A stretch of 51,308 nt of DNA from Gemmatimonadales bacterium (GTDB taxonomy: Bacteria; Gemmatimonadota; Gemmatimonadetes; Gemmatimonadales; JACORV01): NCBI GenBank assembly GCA_035542295.1, contig DATKLR010000262.1:1-51308 (forward strand). Reading direction: 5' to 3'. Of the stretch, positions 8,813-17,190 are shown in pieces. Numbering within the stretch: the stretch's first letter is position 1; each line of letters opens with the position of its first letter. The notes below the pieces were generated by a model, which saw nothing but the letters and a program-made list of their open reading frames with translations, did not search any database and had not been told where the DNA came from. A program made the translations under genes and the position numbers.

Positions 8813-8841
8813 TTGACTCCATCGTGGCCAGATCTTAGAAT
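8813..8841 (+). promoter_or_regulatory. Sigma70-type promoter of tetR (TTGACT-17 nt-TAGAAT)
   Basis: TTGACT at 8813-8818, a 17-nt spacer, then TAGAAT at 8836-8841. The predicted transcription start falls at the left edge of the palindrome at 8847-8864. GAGGA Shine-Dalgarno sequence at 8862-8866. Confidence 0.6.
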
Positions 8842-8846
8842 CACGG

Positions 8847-8864
8847 CTCAACCATACGGTTGAG
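8847..8864. promoter_or_regulatory. Palindromic candidate TetR operator
   Basis: CTCAACC-ATAC-GGTTGAG has perfect 7-bp arms. It lies between the -10 element and the ATG at 8871. Confidence 0.6.
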
Positions 8865-8870
8865 GACGGA

Positions 8871-9440
8871 ATGGCCACTGGTGGCGAGGCCCCACGGCGT
8901 GATCGAATCCTGTCGGCGGCCGCTGCGGAGTTCGCGCAGCGTGGGTTCGCAGGGGCTCGAGTCGATCGGATCGCGGCAGCTGCCGGCGTCAATAAGCAGC
9001 TGCTGTTCCACTACTTCGGCTCGAAGAGCGGCCTTCACCACGCGGCCTTGAAGTCGCTCTTGGAGCGCTCCGCGCTCACGCCTCAACCATCCAAGGCTCC
9101 GGCCGATAGGCTGAGGGACCTCACGGCACATCTGGCAGCCACCACTGAGTCCCATCCAGCCCTGGTGGCAATCCTAGCCTCGCCTGCAAGCGACCCGGAC
9201 AGCGCCGCCATAGCAGAGGACTGGCTGGCTAAGACAAAGAGGCAGGTCCGCCAGATCCTGGAGGACGGGCAGCGGGCCGGTTACGTACGCGACGACGCCG
9301 AAATAGACGCGATATCGGAAGTCGTTGTGGGAGCATCGCTTGGTTGGACAGCGGCCGGCGATAGACGAACCGCCGGCCGCCTGGAGACCTATAGGGACAC
9401 GCTGCTCAGAATGACGATGGACTACTGCGCCTGGCGCTAG
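8871..9440 (+). CDS. TetR/AcrR-family transcriptional regulator
   Basis: RILSAAAAEFAQRGFAGARVDRIAAAAGVNKQLLFHYFGSKSGL is the canonical TetR N-terminal helix-turn-helix. Confidence 0.9.
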   Translation: MATGGEAPRRDRILSAAAAEFAQRGFAGARVDRIAAAAGVNKQLLFHYFGSKSGLHHAALKSLLERSALTPQPSKAPADRLRDLTAHLAATTESHPALVAILASPASDPDSAAIAEDWLAKTKRQVRQILEDGQRAGYVRDDAEIDAISEVVVGASLGWTAAGDRRTAGRLETYRDTLLRMTMDYCAWR

Positions 9441-9452
9441 ACAGGTACAGGT

Positions 9453-9467
9453 TCAACCATACGGTTG
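9453..9467. repeat. Second copy of the 15-mer TCAACCATACGGTTG
   Basis: Identical to 8848-8862. It sits in the 28-bp gap between the convergent tetR stop (9438-9440) and lon stop (9469-9471). Confidence 0.7.
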
Positions 9468-9468
9468 C

Positions 9469-11901
9469 CTACCGCCGCACTGACGTGGACAGCAACTCGT
9501 CCACAGCCTTCGCGTCGCGGCTCCGCAGTGCAAGAGCGATGACTTCCTCCAGCGTCTCCACCGGATGGAAGGTCAAGGTCTTGCGGACCTCCTCCGGAAG
9601 GTCATCGAGCTCTGGTTCGTTTTCCTTGGGGAGGATGATCTCGGTGATGCCGGCGCGAGCCGCGCCGAGCACCTTCTCCTTCAGGCCCCCGATCGGCAGC
9701 ACGCGACCACTCAGCGTGACCTCGCCCGTCATGGCAAGGTCGTGTCGCGCGGCGCGCTGGGTCATCGCGCTCACCAGGGCCGTGGCCATCGTGACTCCGG
9801 CTGACGGACCGTCCTTCGGTATCGCGCCCGCCGGGACGTGCACGTGGACCTCCCGGTCTTTCAGCGCATCCTCCTGCACGCCGAGGGCGGCCGCGTGGGT
9901 CTTTGCATAGGTGAGCGCCGCGCGCGCCGACTCCTTCATCACGTCGCCGAGGTGTCCGGTCAGCACCAGCTCTCCCTTCCCGGGCATCAGCGATGCCTCG
10001 ACGAACATGATGTCTCCGCCGGTGGGCGTGTAGTACATCCCCGTGGCCATGCCGACGACGTCGCTCGGCGCGGCGCGCTCCGGACGGACCTTCGGCCGCC
10101 CCAGCTGCGCGCGCACATCGGCGCCGGTGACGACGATCTTCTCGCCGCCGTCCACGGCCACGCGTCGTGCCACCTTCCGAGCCAGGCGCCCCAGCTCACG
10201 CTCGAGCTGCCTGACGCCAGCCTCTCGCGTGTAGCTGCCGGTGATCTCGCGGACGGCGCCGTCCTCGATCACCAGCCGCTCGGGGCTGAGCCCGTTCTCC
10301 TTGAGCTGCCGCGGGATCAGATACTGCCGAGCGATCGCGAGCTTCTCAAGCTCCGTGTAGCCGGTGAATTCGACGGTCTCCAGCCGGTCGAGCAGCGGGG
10401 CCGGGATGTTCTGCAGGAAGTTCGCGGTCGCGATGAAGAGCACCTCCGACAGATCGAACGGCACGCCTAGGTAGTGGTCCGTGAACGAATCGTTCTGGGC
10501 CGGATCCAGCACTTCGAGCAGGGCCGCCGCGGGGTCGCCCTGGAACGACACACCCAGCTTGTCCACTTCGTCGAGCAGGAAGACGGGGTTCTTCGTCCCC
10601 GCCTGCTTCATCCCCTGGATGATGCGCCCCGGCATGGCGCCGACGTAGGTGCGCCGGTGCCCGCGGATGTCTGCTTCGTCGCGTGCGCCGCCGAGCGATA
10701 TGCGGACGTACTTCCGTCCCATCGCCCGCGCGATGGACTTCGCGATGGAGGTCTTCCCCGTTCCCGGCGGCCCCACGAACAGCAGGATCGGCCCCTTGGA
10801 GAGCACGCGATCGTCGGCCTGTCCCGGCGTGTCCGCCGCCCCCGCCGATGGCGCCTCCTTGGCCTCCTTCTCCCGCAGCTGCCGCACCGCCAGGAACTCG
10901 AGGACCCGCTCCTTCACGTCGCGCAAGCCGTAGTGGTCCTCCTCCAGCACCTGCTCGGCCCGCGTCAGGTCGAGTGAATCCTCGGAGCGCGTATTCCACG
11001 GCAGTTCCGCAATCCACTCGAGGTACGTCCGGATGACCTGGGCCTCCATCGAGTCCTTCGACGTGCGCTCGAGGCGGCTCAACTCCCGCTCGACTTCCTT
11101 CTTGGCCGCTTCCGGAAGGGCCAGCTTGGCCAGCGCTTCGCGCAGCGTCGCGATATCGCGATCATCCTCGCTTTCGCCCAGCTCCCGGCGAATGGCCTTG
11201 AGTTGTTCGCGCAGATACATCTCGCGTTGGCGCTCGCCCAGCTCTTCCTGCACTTGCGACTTGATGTCTTCCTGGGCGTTGATCACTCCGATCTGCCGCT
11301 GCACGTGGATCAACACCCGGCGCAGGCGCTCCTCGACTGCCAGCGTCTCCAGCAGCGCCTGCCGCTCCAGGGTCCTGAGATCGAGATAACCGGCGACGAG
11401 GTCCGCGAAGCGCCCGGCGTCGGTGACCGACGCCAGCACCTGCTGCACCATCTCCTCCGCGAGTCCGCTCTTCTGGCCCAACTCGCCGGCGCGCTCGCGG
11501 GCCTCCTTGTAGAGCGCGAGGAATGCGGCATCCGACGGGTCGGGGGGCGGCTGGTCCTCGAGCTCACGGACCACGGCCTCGAGGTAACCGTCCCGCTCCA
11601 CGATGTGCACCGCGCTCGCCCGTCCCTCGCCCTGCAGCAGCAGCTGCACCCCCGCCAGGCCGCGCTGCATCTGACCGATGCGCGCCACGGTGCCCATGGA
11701 GTACAGGTTCTCCGGAGAGACCTGCTCCGTGTTTTCGCGCTGGGCGACCGCGAAGACCAGTCGCCGCTCCGACTTCAGTGCCGCTTCGATCGCCCGCAGC
11801 GTGCCCGGCCGCCCTGCGCTGATCGGCGCGGTCACACCGGGGAAGAGCACCATCTCCCTCAGCGGGAGGACCGGAAGCGTCATCCGCTCGCTCATTGCCA
11901 C
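9469..11901 (-). CDS. lon: ATP-dependent Lon protease
   Basis: LON N-terminal domain (LPVLPLREMVLFPGV). AAA+ Walker A (GPPGTGKTS). C-terminal proteolytic domain (PKDGPSAGVTMATALVS). Confidence 0.95.
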   Translation of the reverse strand: MAMSERMTLPVLPLREMVLFPGVTAPISAGRPGTLRAIEAALKSERRLVFAVAQRENTEQVSPENLYSMGTVARIGQMQRGLAGVQLLLQGEGRASAVHIVERDGYLEAVVRELEDQPPPDPSDAAFLALYKEARERAGELGQKSGLAEEMVQQVLASVTDAGRFADLVAGYLDLRTLERQALLETLAVEERLRRVLIHVQRQIGVINAQEDIKSQVQEELGERQREMYLREQLKAIRRELGESEDDRDIATLREALAKLALPEAAKKEVERELSRLERTSKDSMEAQVIRTYLEWIAELPWNTRSEDSLDLTRAEQVLEEDHYGLRDVKERVLEFLAVRQLREKEAKEAPSAGAADTPGQADDRVLSKGPILLFVGPPGTGKTSIAKSIARAMGRKYVRISLGGARDEADIRGHRRTYVGAMPGRIIQGMKQAGTKNPVFLLDEVDKLGVSFQGDPAAALLEVLDPAQNDSFTDHYLGVPFDLSEVLFIATANFLQNIPAPLLDRLETVEFTGYTELEKLAIARQYLIPRQLKENGLSPERLVIEDGAVREITGSYTREAGVRQLERELGRLARKVARRVAVDGGEKIVVTGADVRAQLGRPKVRPERAAPSDVVGMATGMYYTPTGGDIMFVEASLMPGKGELVLTGHLGDVMKESARAALTYAKTHAAALGVQEDALKDREVHVHVPAGAIPKDGPSAGVTMATALVSAMTQRAARHDLAMTGEVTLSGRVLPIGGLKEKVLGAARAGITEIILPKENEPELDDLPEEVRKTLTFHPVETLEEVIALALRSRDAKAVDELLSTSVRR

Positions 11902-11955
11902 CTCATGAAGAGAATCGTGCGGCTGTCATCACACCATACCGCACCGCCCTTGATA

Positions 11956-11974
11956 GTGGCACCGATCGTGCCAC
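11956..11974. promoter_or_regulatory. Inverted repeat GTGGCAC-N5-GTGCCAC with sigma54-like GG-N10-GC geometry in both orientations
   Basis: TGGCAC-CGATC-GTGC compared with the sigma54 consensus TGGCAC-N5-TTGC. It lies in the divergent lon/kinase intergenic region, 55-73 nt upstream of the lon start. Confidence 0.3.
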
Positions 11975-12129
11975 GGCGAAGTCCCGATTTCGTGCCATTC
12001 TGGCAGGCGCCAACTCCGTCCGACCGGCTTTTGCAGCCGTGAATGGTGGAGACGGAGCCGAGTGGCGTCGATTCGTCGGATGCTCGGGAACCTCACGTGG
12101 TTGCCCTGCCTGTGCGGCGGCGCTAATCT

Positions 12130-14055
12130 ATGCCCGGCAATGGCCCACCCAGGTCGATGAACCCAACCGACGGCGACCGCGCCCTCCAGGAGCGGCTGGT
12201 CCAGGCCTTCGCGGGCGCTTTCACCATCGAGAGCGAGATCGGGCGGGGCGGGATGGGCGTCGTCTACCGGGCGCATGACGAGAAGTTGAAGCGCACGGTT
12301 GCCGTGAAGGTGCTCCCGCCGGAGCTGGCCTATCGGCGCGACATCCGGGCCCGGTTCATCCGCGAGGCGGAGACGGCGGCCCGCCTTTCCCATCCCAACA
12401 TCGTTCCGATTCACTCCGTCGGCGAGGCGAACGACCTCGTCTACTTCGTGATGGGTTACGTCGACGGGGAGTCGCTGGCGGTGCGGCTCAAGCGACGGGG
12501 CCGCCTCTCGCTCGAGGAGGCGCGCCGGATCATGCGCGAGACGTCCGACGCGCTGGCCGCCGCTCACCAGCAGGGCGTCATCCATCGCGACGTGAAGCCC
12601 GACAACATCCTGCTTGAAGGCACCCGCGGGCGGGTGATGGTCACGGATTTCGGCATCGCCAAGGCCCTGAGCGCGGAGGGCGGGACGCTGACGGACACCG
12701 GCATCGCCATCGGCACGCCGGCGTTCATGAGTCCCGAGCAAGCCGCGGGCGAGCGGGTCATCGACGGCCGGTCCGACCTCTACTCGCTGGGCGTCGTGGC
12801 CTATCAGATGCTCACCGGCGAGTTGCCGTTCCAGGCGCCGACGGTGCCTGGGCTCCTGATGAAGCAGATCAGCGCACCCGCGACCCCGGTCGATCGTCTG
12901 CGGCCCGAAACGCCGCGCGAGCTTGCGCTGACCGTGATGCGGTGCCTGGAGAAGGACCCCAGCGACCGCTGGCCCAGTGCCGACGCCCTGCGCCGCGCTC
13001 TGGAGACCAACACGTATTCCGCACCGGCGCCGAAGTCCGCCGTCCGCATGAGTGCGCCGGTGGGCGGCGCGCGCGACAATCTCGGCGCGCGCCTCGGCGA
13101 GGAGGTGCGCCGGAGGGCCGTGGAACGCGTGGACCGCATTTCCTCGCGAGCGGCCAGGCGCGCCGAACGGCGCGAGAGCAGGCTTGACCGCAGGGAGCGC
13201 GAGGAGGAGGAGGTCGTCCGGCGGGCGGAGGCGGCGGGAGAGCCGACGATGGTTGCGCGCTTCCGGCACCGCCTCGCGCGCTATGCGTCCATCATCGGCC
13301 CGCTGATGCTGGTCAACGTGCTGTTCGCAGGAGGCATCAGCCACCCGTGGTTCCTGTTCCCCGCCGTGTTCATGGGGTTCGGGTTGGCGCGCGATTATTC
13401 GAGGCTCTGGACGTCGGGCTACTCGTGGAGGGACGTCACGCACCGGCCCCCTGCGCCCGACGCCCTGGAGGCCAAGGAATCACGGGCTTCGCTCGCGGCG
13501 CCGGGCTCGGAGGAGCTGGGCCCGCACGCCGCGCCGATCGAGCAGGCGCGGAGCGATCGCGCAGCCATTCTGGCGATGCTGGAGCGAATGCCGAAGTCGG
13601 AGCGGAAAATGCTCCCGGATGTCGCGCCGACGGTCGACCAGCTCCTGGAGCGCGCGACCGACCTCGGCCGCACGCTCCACGCCCTGGAGCGGGACATCGA
13701 CACGGCGGCGCTGGAGAAGCTCGACGCGCGCATCACGGCGCTGGAGCAGGAGCCAGCCTCGGCGGACCGGGATCGGCGGATGGGACTGCTGGTTCGTCAG
13801 CGCCAGACGATGACGGACCTGCTCGCGCGCCGCACGGCGCTTTCCTCACAGCTGGAATCGTGCCTACTCGCGATGCAGAACGTCCGGTTCGATCTGCTGC
13901 GGCTGCGCTCCGCAGGCGTCGCCGAGGCGCTCGGCGATCTGACGCAGGCCACCCAGCAGGCCCGCGCCTTGTCGCGCGACGTGGATGCGGCCGTGTCCGC
14001 GGCTGCCGAGATCCGCCGTCTCACCGGCCAGGAGACGAACCCGCCTCAGGGCTGA
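12130..14055 (+). CDS. Ser/Thr protein kinase with two-TM hairpin and C-terminal coiled-coil region
   Basis: Hanks kinase motifs GRGGMGVVY, VAVK, HRDVKPDN, DFG and SPEQ. These are followed by a charged linker, a hydrophobic hairpin (IIGPLMLVNVLFAGGISHPWFLFPAVFMGFGLA) and a helical tail. Confidence 0.9.
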   Translation: MPGNGPPRSMNPTDGDRALQERLVQAFAGAFTIESEIGRGGMGVVYRAHDEKLKRTVAVKVLPPELAYRRDIRARFIREAETAARLSHPNIVPIHSVGEANDLVYFVMGYVDGESLAVRLKRRGRLSLEEARRIMRETSDALAAAHQQGVIHRDVKPDNILLEGTRGRVMVTDFGIAKALSAEGGTLTDTGIAIGTPAFMSPEQAAGERVIDGRSDLYSLGVVAYQMLTGELPFQAPTVPGLLMKQISAPATPVDRLRPETPRELALTVMRCLEKDPSDRWPSADALRRALETNTYSAPAPKSAVRMSAPVGGARDNLGARLGEEVRRRAVERVDRISSRAARRAERRESRLDRREREEEEVVRRAEAAGEPTMVARFRHRLARYASIIGPLMLVNVLFAGGISHPWFLFPAVFMGFGLARDYSRLWTSGYSWRDVTHRPPAPDALEAKESRASLAAPGSEELGPHAAPIEQARSDRAAILAMLERMPKSERKMLPDVAPTVDQLLERATDLGRTLHALERDIDTAALEKLDARITALEQEPASADRDRRMGLLVRQRQTMTDLLARRTALSSQLESCLLAMQNVRFDLLRLRSAGVAEALGDLTQATQQARALSRDVDAAVSAAAEIRRLTGQETNPPQG

Positions 14056-14073
14056 CGGTCAGGCCCGCCGCGC

Positions 14074-17000
14074 TCACCCGCGCACGGCGCAGCGACTCAA
14101 CAGGCTCGCGACTTCCTCCTCCGTCCAGCCGAATCGCCGCTCAAGCTCGCCGCCGAGGCGCAACGCTCTCTCGCAGGCGCTGCCCCCGATCCGGGAATCC
14201 AGGACCGCGCCGGCCCAGTAAGCCAGCTGCCAGGACGGTCTTGCCGCCACAGCCCGCTCGATCAGCGGGCCGGCGACCGCGGGCGGCGCCCGGTTGGCGA
14301 GCGCCGTGATGACGTCCGTGAGCGCATCGGGAAACGGCCGCGCCAGCGTCGGCCGGAGCGCGTCCAGCGCATGCTGCGCCTCGGTCGCTGCGGCCGCGTA
14401 CGCTCCGTCGTTCGCCGCCACCGCGGCCAGCAGCGCGGCAGCGGAGGCTGAATCGCCGCCGGCCTCGCGAACCCGCTCCAACAGCACTTTGGCCCTGGCC
14501 GTGTCGCCCTGTCCCAGGTACGCCGTCCCCGCAGCGAGCAACAGACCAGGGTCGTCGCGCCGCGCGGCGAGAGCTTTGTCCAGGTGCTCCCGCGCCGCCG
14601 CGAATTCCCGCTGGTCTATCAGTACGTAGCCGATCTCGGCTTCACGCTCCGCGTCCTTCGGCGCCAGCTCCAGCGCCAGACGGGCCGACGCGAGCGCTCC
14701 GGGCCGCCCGGCCGGCAGCGCCTGCGCATACGCCTCCTGCCAGGCTCCCGGCGCCAGGGTCCAGTTCACCAGACGCGGGAGCGAATCACCGGCGGCGCGT
14801 TTGAGCGCGGTCAGCGAATCGAAGACGGGGCGCGCGCTGGGCCCGGCGAGCATCGATCGCGCCGCCTCGAATTCCAGCGCCGGCATGTCGTCGGTGTGGT
14901 CGAACGGAGCGCCGCCGGCGAACGCCGCGGTGCCGCGCTCCCCCAGAAGGAAGTGCCCAAGCAGGGCGTCCGGCATCGCGATCTGCAGCCAGCTCCTCGC
15001 GGTCTCGCCGGTCCGGGTGCCCGCGGCCAGCATGGCAGCGACCCGCGTCCGAGCCCACCGGATGGGCTCGTTCGCTGCCAGCACCATCAGGTCACTCCCG
15101 TTGGCGAACCAGATTTCGACGTGCGGGAAGACCGCCCGCAGGTTCGCGATCACGACCGCGACCGCGCCGGGCGTCACGCGGTACATCTGCAACCACTGGC
15201 AGAAGAGACCGCCGGCTGCCAGGCGCCGCGCGACGACGCGGTAATAGTCCCGGGTAAAGAGGGACGCCACGCCGGCGATCCACGGGTTCGACGGCTCAGA
15301 GACGATCACGTCGTAGGGCGTCTCGGCGAGCATCAGCGCGCTGCGCGCGTCGTCCTCGATCACGTGGACGCGCGGATCGTCGAGCACGTCGCGGTTCACG
15401 TCGCGGAACAGGCGGCTCGCACGCAGCACCGCCCGTTCGATCTCCGCCACGTCGATCCGGACCACGCCGGGCACGTCAGCCAGGGTGCGCGTGGTGGCGC
15501 CGGAGCCGAACCCCACGACGAACACGCGCCGTGGCTGGGGGTGTGCCAGCGCCGGGAGGAAACCCAGCATGACCTGGGTGTCCATGTCCGCGACACTCGA
15601 GGCGTCCACCTTCCCATTCACCTTGAGCCACGTCTGGTTGCCGTCGCGCCACACCGACACGGCGGAGTTCCACCCCTCCTTGAAGAAAAGCTGCTCGGAT
15701 CCGAGGCCGCGCAGGTAGCGGCTGAGCTCCTGCGCATCCATCGGCGTGCGACCATAGACCACCGCTCCGCGATCCAGCAGCCGGCTCGACCAGCTCGGCG
15801 TAGCTACGGTCACCAGGAGGGCCACGACCGCAAGGGCCAGCGGCAGGCGCTCAACCGACCGCGACGCCGCTTGCTCCTCCCGTCCCCGGTACATCCACCA
15901 GGCCAACGCCGTAGCGGCCGCCGCATTCACTACGACGCCGACGACCAGCGTGCGCTCGCTACCGATCAGGTGGATCAGGAAGAACCCGGTCACGACTGCG
16001 CCGGCGATGCTCCCCAGCGTGTTGGCGAAGTAGGCGCGCCCGACCTCACGTCCGGTCGCGCCCGCGCGCTCCGACGCCAGCTCGGCGAGCAGCGGAAAGC
16101 TCAGCCCCATGCCGATCGCGGGCGGGATCACGACGACCGCCACCGCGAGGCCGTGCAGCAGGAGCAGCGCCACGGGCGAGAAGAAGGGCACCTGGAGCGT
16201 CGCAATGACGTAGACGGGGAGCGCGCGGAAGAACGGGAACAGGAGCGAGGCCAGCACGGCGATGGTCCCCTGCACCAGCGCCGCCCGGACCAGCAGCTGG
16301 CGCGGCGTCCGGCCCCGGCCCACGGCGATCAAGCTTCCCAGCCCGATGCCGAGCAGGAAGCAGGCCAGGATGGTGGTGAACGCGTACGTCGAGCTCCCGA
16401 TGACGAGGATGAGGGTTCGGGTCCATGCGATCTCGTAGAGGAGCGACGCAAAGGCCGTGATGCCGATGAGCCAGGTGGCGAGTCGCCGGGTCGCCGCGCC
16501 GGGGTCGCGGGTGAACACCGCCTCACCGGCCGCCGTCGGCCCGCCGTCCTCCTGGGGCGGCATCCGCGCCAGCACGAGCGCCGCCGCGCCGAGCGCCAGG
16601 TTCAAGGCACCTGTCGCGAGCGCCGACGCCCGCAGCCCGACGAACTCGATCAACAGGTATCCGGCGCCGATGCATCCCAGCACGCCGCCCACCGTGTTCA
16701 GGCCGTAGAACAGCGCGAGCTCGCCGCGCAGCTCGTCGCTGCGATCGCGTGCGAAGGCCCGAGTGAGGACCGGAAGCGTGCCCCCCATGAGGAAGGTCGG
16801 GACGAGCAGGACGATGAAAGCGAAGACGAACTTGATGCCCGTGCCCACCCACAGGCCGGGCGCCAGGTGGCGCGCGAGGGCGAGGTACCCCGCTCCAATC
16901 CCCCGCAGCACCCAGGGCGACGACAGCCCGAAGACGCCGATCGCCAGTTCCAGCAGGCCGTACAGCGCGGCCGGATTCGGATGCCGGTCCGCGCGGCGTC

Positions 17001-17190
17001 CGAGCACATACGCGCCCAATCCGAGCCCGCCCATGTAGGCGGCCACGACCGTCGTCACCGAGTGGATGGTGGAGCCAAAGAACTGGTACAGCTGCCGAAC
17101 CCAGATCAGCTCGTAGACGAGCCCGGCCGCTCCAGAGAGGATGAAGATGAGCCCGAACAGCGCATGCCGCGCACGCCGGGCCGGCGGCAT
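14074..17190 (-). CDS. Fused polytopic membrane domain / spermidine synthase-like domain / TPR protein
   Basis: The real start is [30 protein letters not shown] (ATG at 17190). There are many TM segments. The aminopropyltransferase/methyltransferase core is VFVVGFGSGATTRTL...DVIVSEPSNPW. The C-terminus is TPR-like. The upstream 627 codons of the 1665-aa ORF are out-of-frame overlap with the E1 gene. Confidence 0.85.
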   Translation of the reverse strand: MPPARRARHALFGLIFILSGAAGLVYELIWVRQLYQFFGSTIHSVTTVVAAYMGGLGLGAYVLGRRADRHPNPAALYGLLELAIGVFGLSSPWVLRGIGAGYLALARHLAPGLWVGTGIKFVFAFIVLLVPTFLMGGTLPVLTRAFARDRSDELRGELALFYGLNTVGGVLGCIGAGYLLIEFVGLRASALATGALNLALGAAALVLARMPPQEDGGPTAAGEAVFTRDPGAATRRLATWLIGITAFASLLYEIAWTRTLILVIGSSTYAFTTILACFLLGIGLGSLIAVGRGRTPRQLLVRAALVQGTIAVLASLLFPFFRALPVYVIATLQVPFFSPVALLLLHGLAVAVVVIPPAIGMGLSFPLLAELASERAGATGREVGRAYFANTLGSIAGAVVTGFFLIHLIGSERTLVVGVVVNAAAATALAWWMYRGREEQAASRSVERLPLALAVVALLVTVATPSWSSRLLDRGAVVYGRTPMDAQELSRYLRGLGSEQLFFKEGWNSAVSVWRDGNQTWLKVNGKVDASSVADMDTQVMLGFLPALAHPQPRRVFVVGFGSGATTRTLADVPGVVRIDVAEIERAVLRASRLFRDVNRDVLDDPRVHVIEDDARSALMLAETPYDVIVSEPSNPWIAGVASLFTRDYYRVVARRLAAGGLFCQWLQMYRVTPGAVAVVIANLRAVFPHVEIWFANGSDLMVLAANEPIRWARTRVAAMLAAGTRTGETARSWLQIAMPDALLGHFLLGERGTAAFAGGAPFDHTDDMPALEFEAARSMLAGPSARPVFDSLTALKRAAGDSLPRLVNWTLAPGAWQEAYAQALPAGRPGALASARLALELAPKDAEREAEIGYVLIDQREFAAAREHLDKALAARRDDPGLLLAAGTAYLGQGDTARAKVLLERVREAGGDSASAAALLAAVAANDGAYAAAATEAQHALDALRPTLARPFPDALTDVITALANRAPPAVAGPLIERAVAARPSWQLAYWAGAVLDSRIGGSACERALRLGGELERRFGWTEEEVASLLSRCAVRG

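Noticed and set aside
8848-9467. tetR flanked by identical 15-mers, considered as a mobile cassette or target-site duplication.
   Set aside because: No transposase or integrase is present. The repeats are themselves palindromic, as operators are, and the upstream copy is positioned exactly as an operator relative to the -10 element and the ATG. Mobility is kept only as a minor alternative in the corresponding finding.
12083-12098. CACGTG-centred sequence AACCTCACGTGGTT upstream of the kinase gene, and CACGTG cores elsewhere (for example within sufC near 48868), considered as extra parS sites.
   Set aside because: The flanks do not match the TGTT...AACA arms of the parS consensus. A CACGTG hexamer alone is expected by chance in GC-rich DNA.
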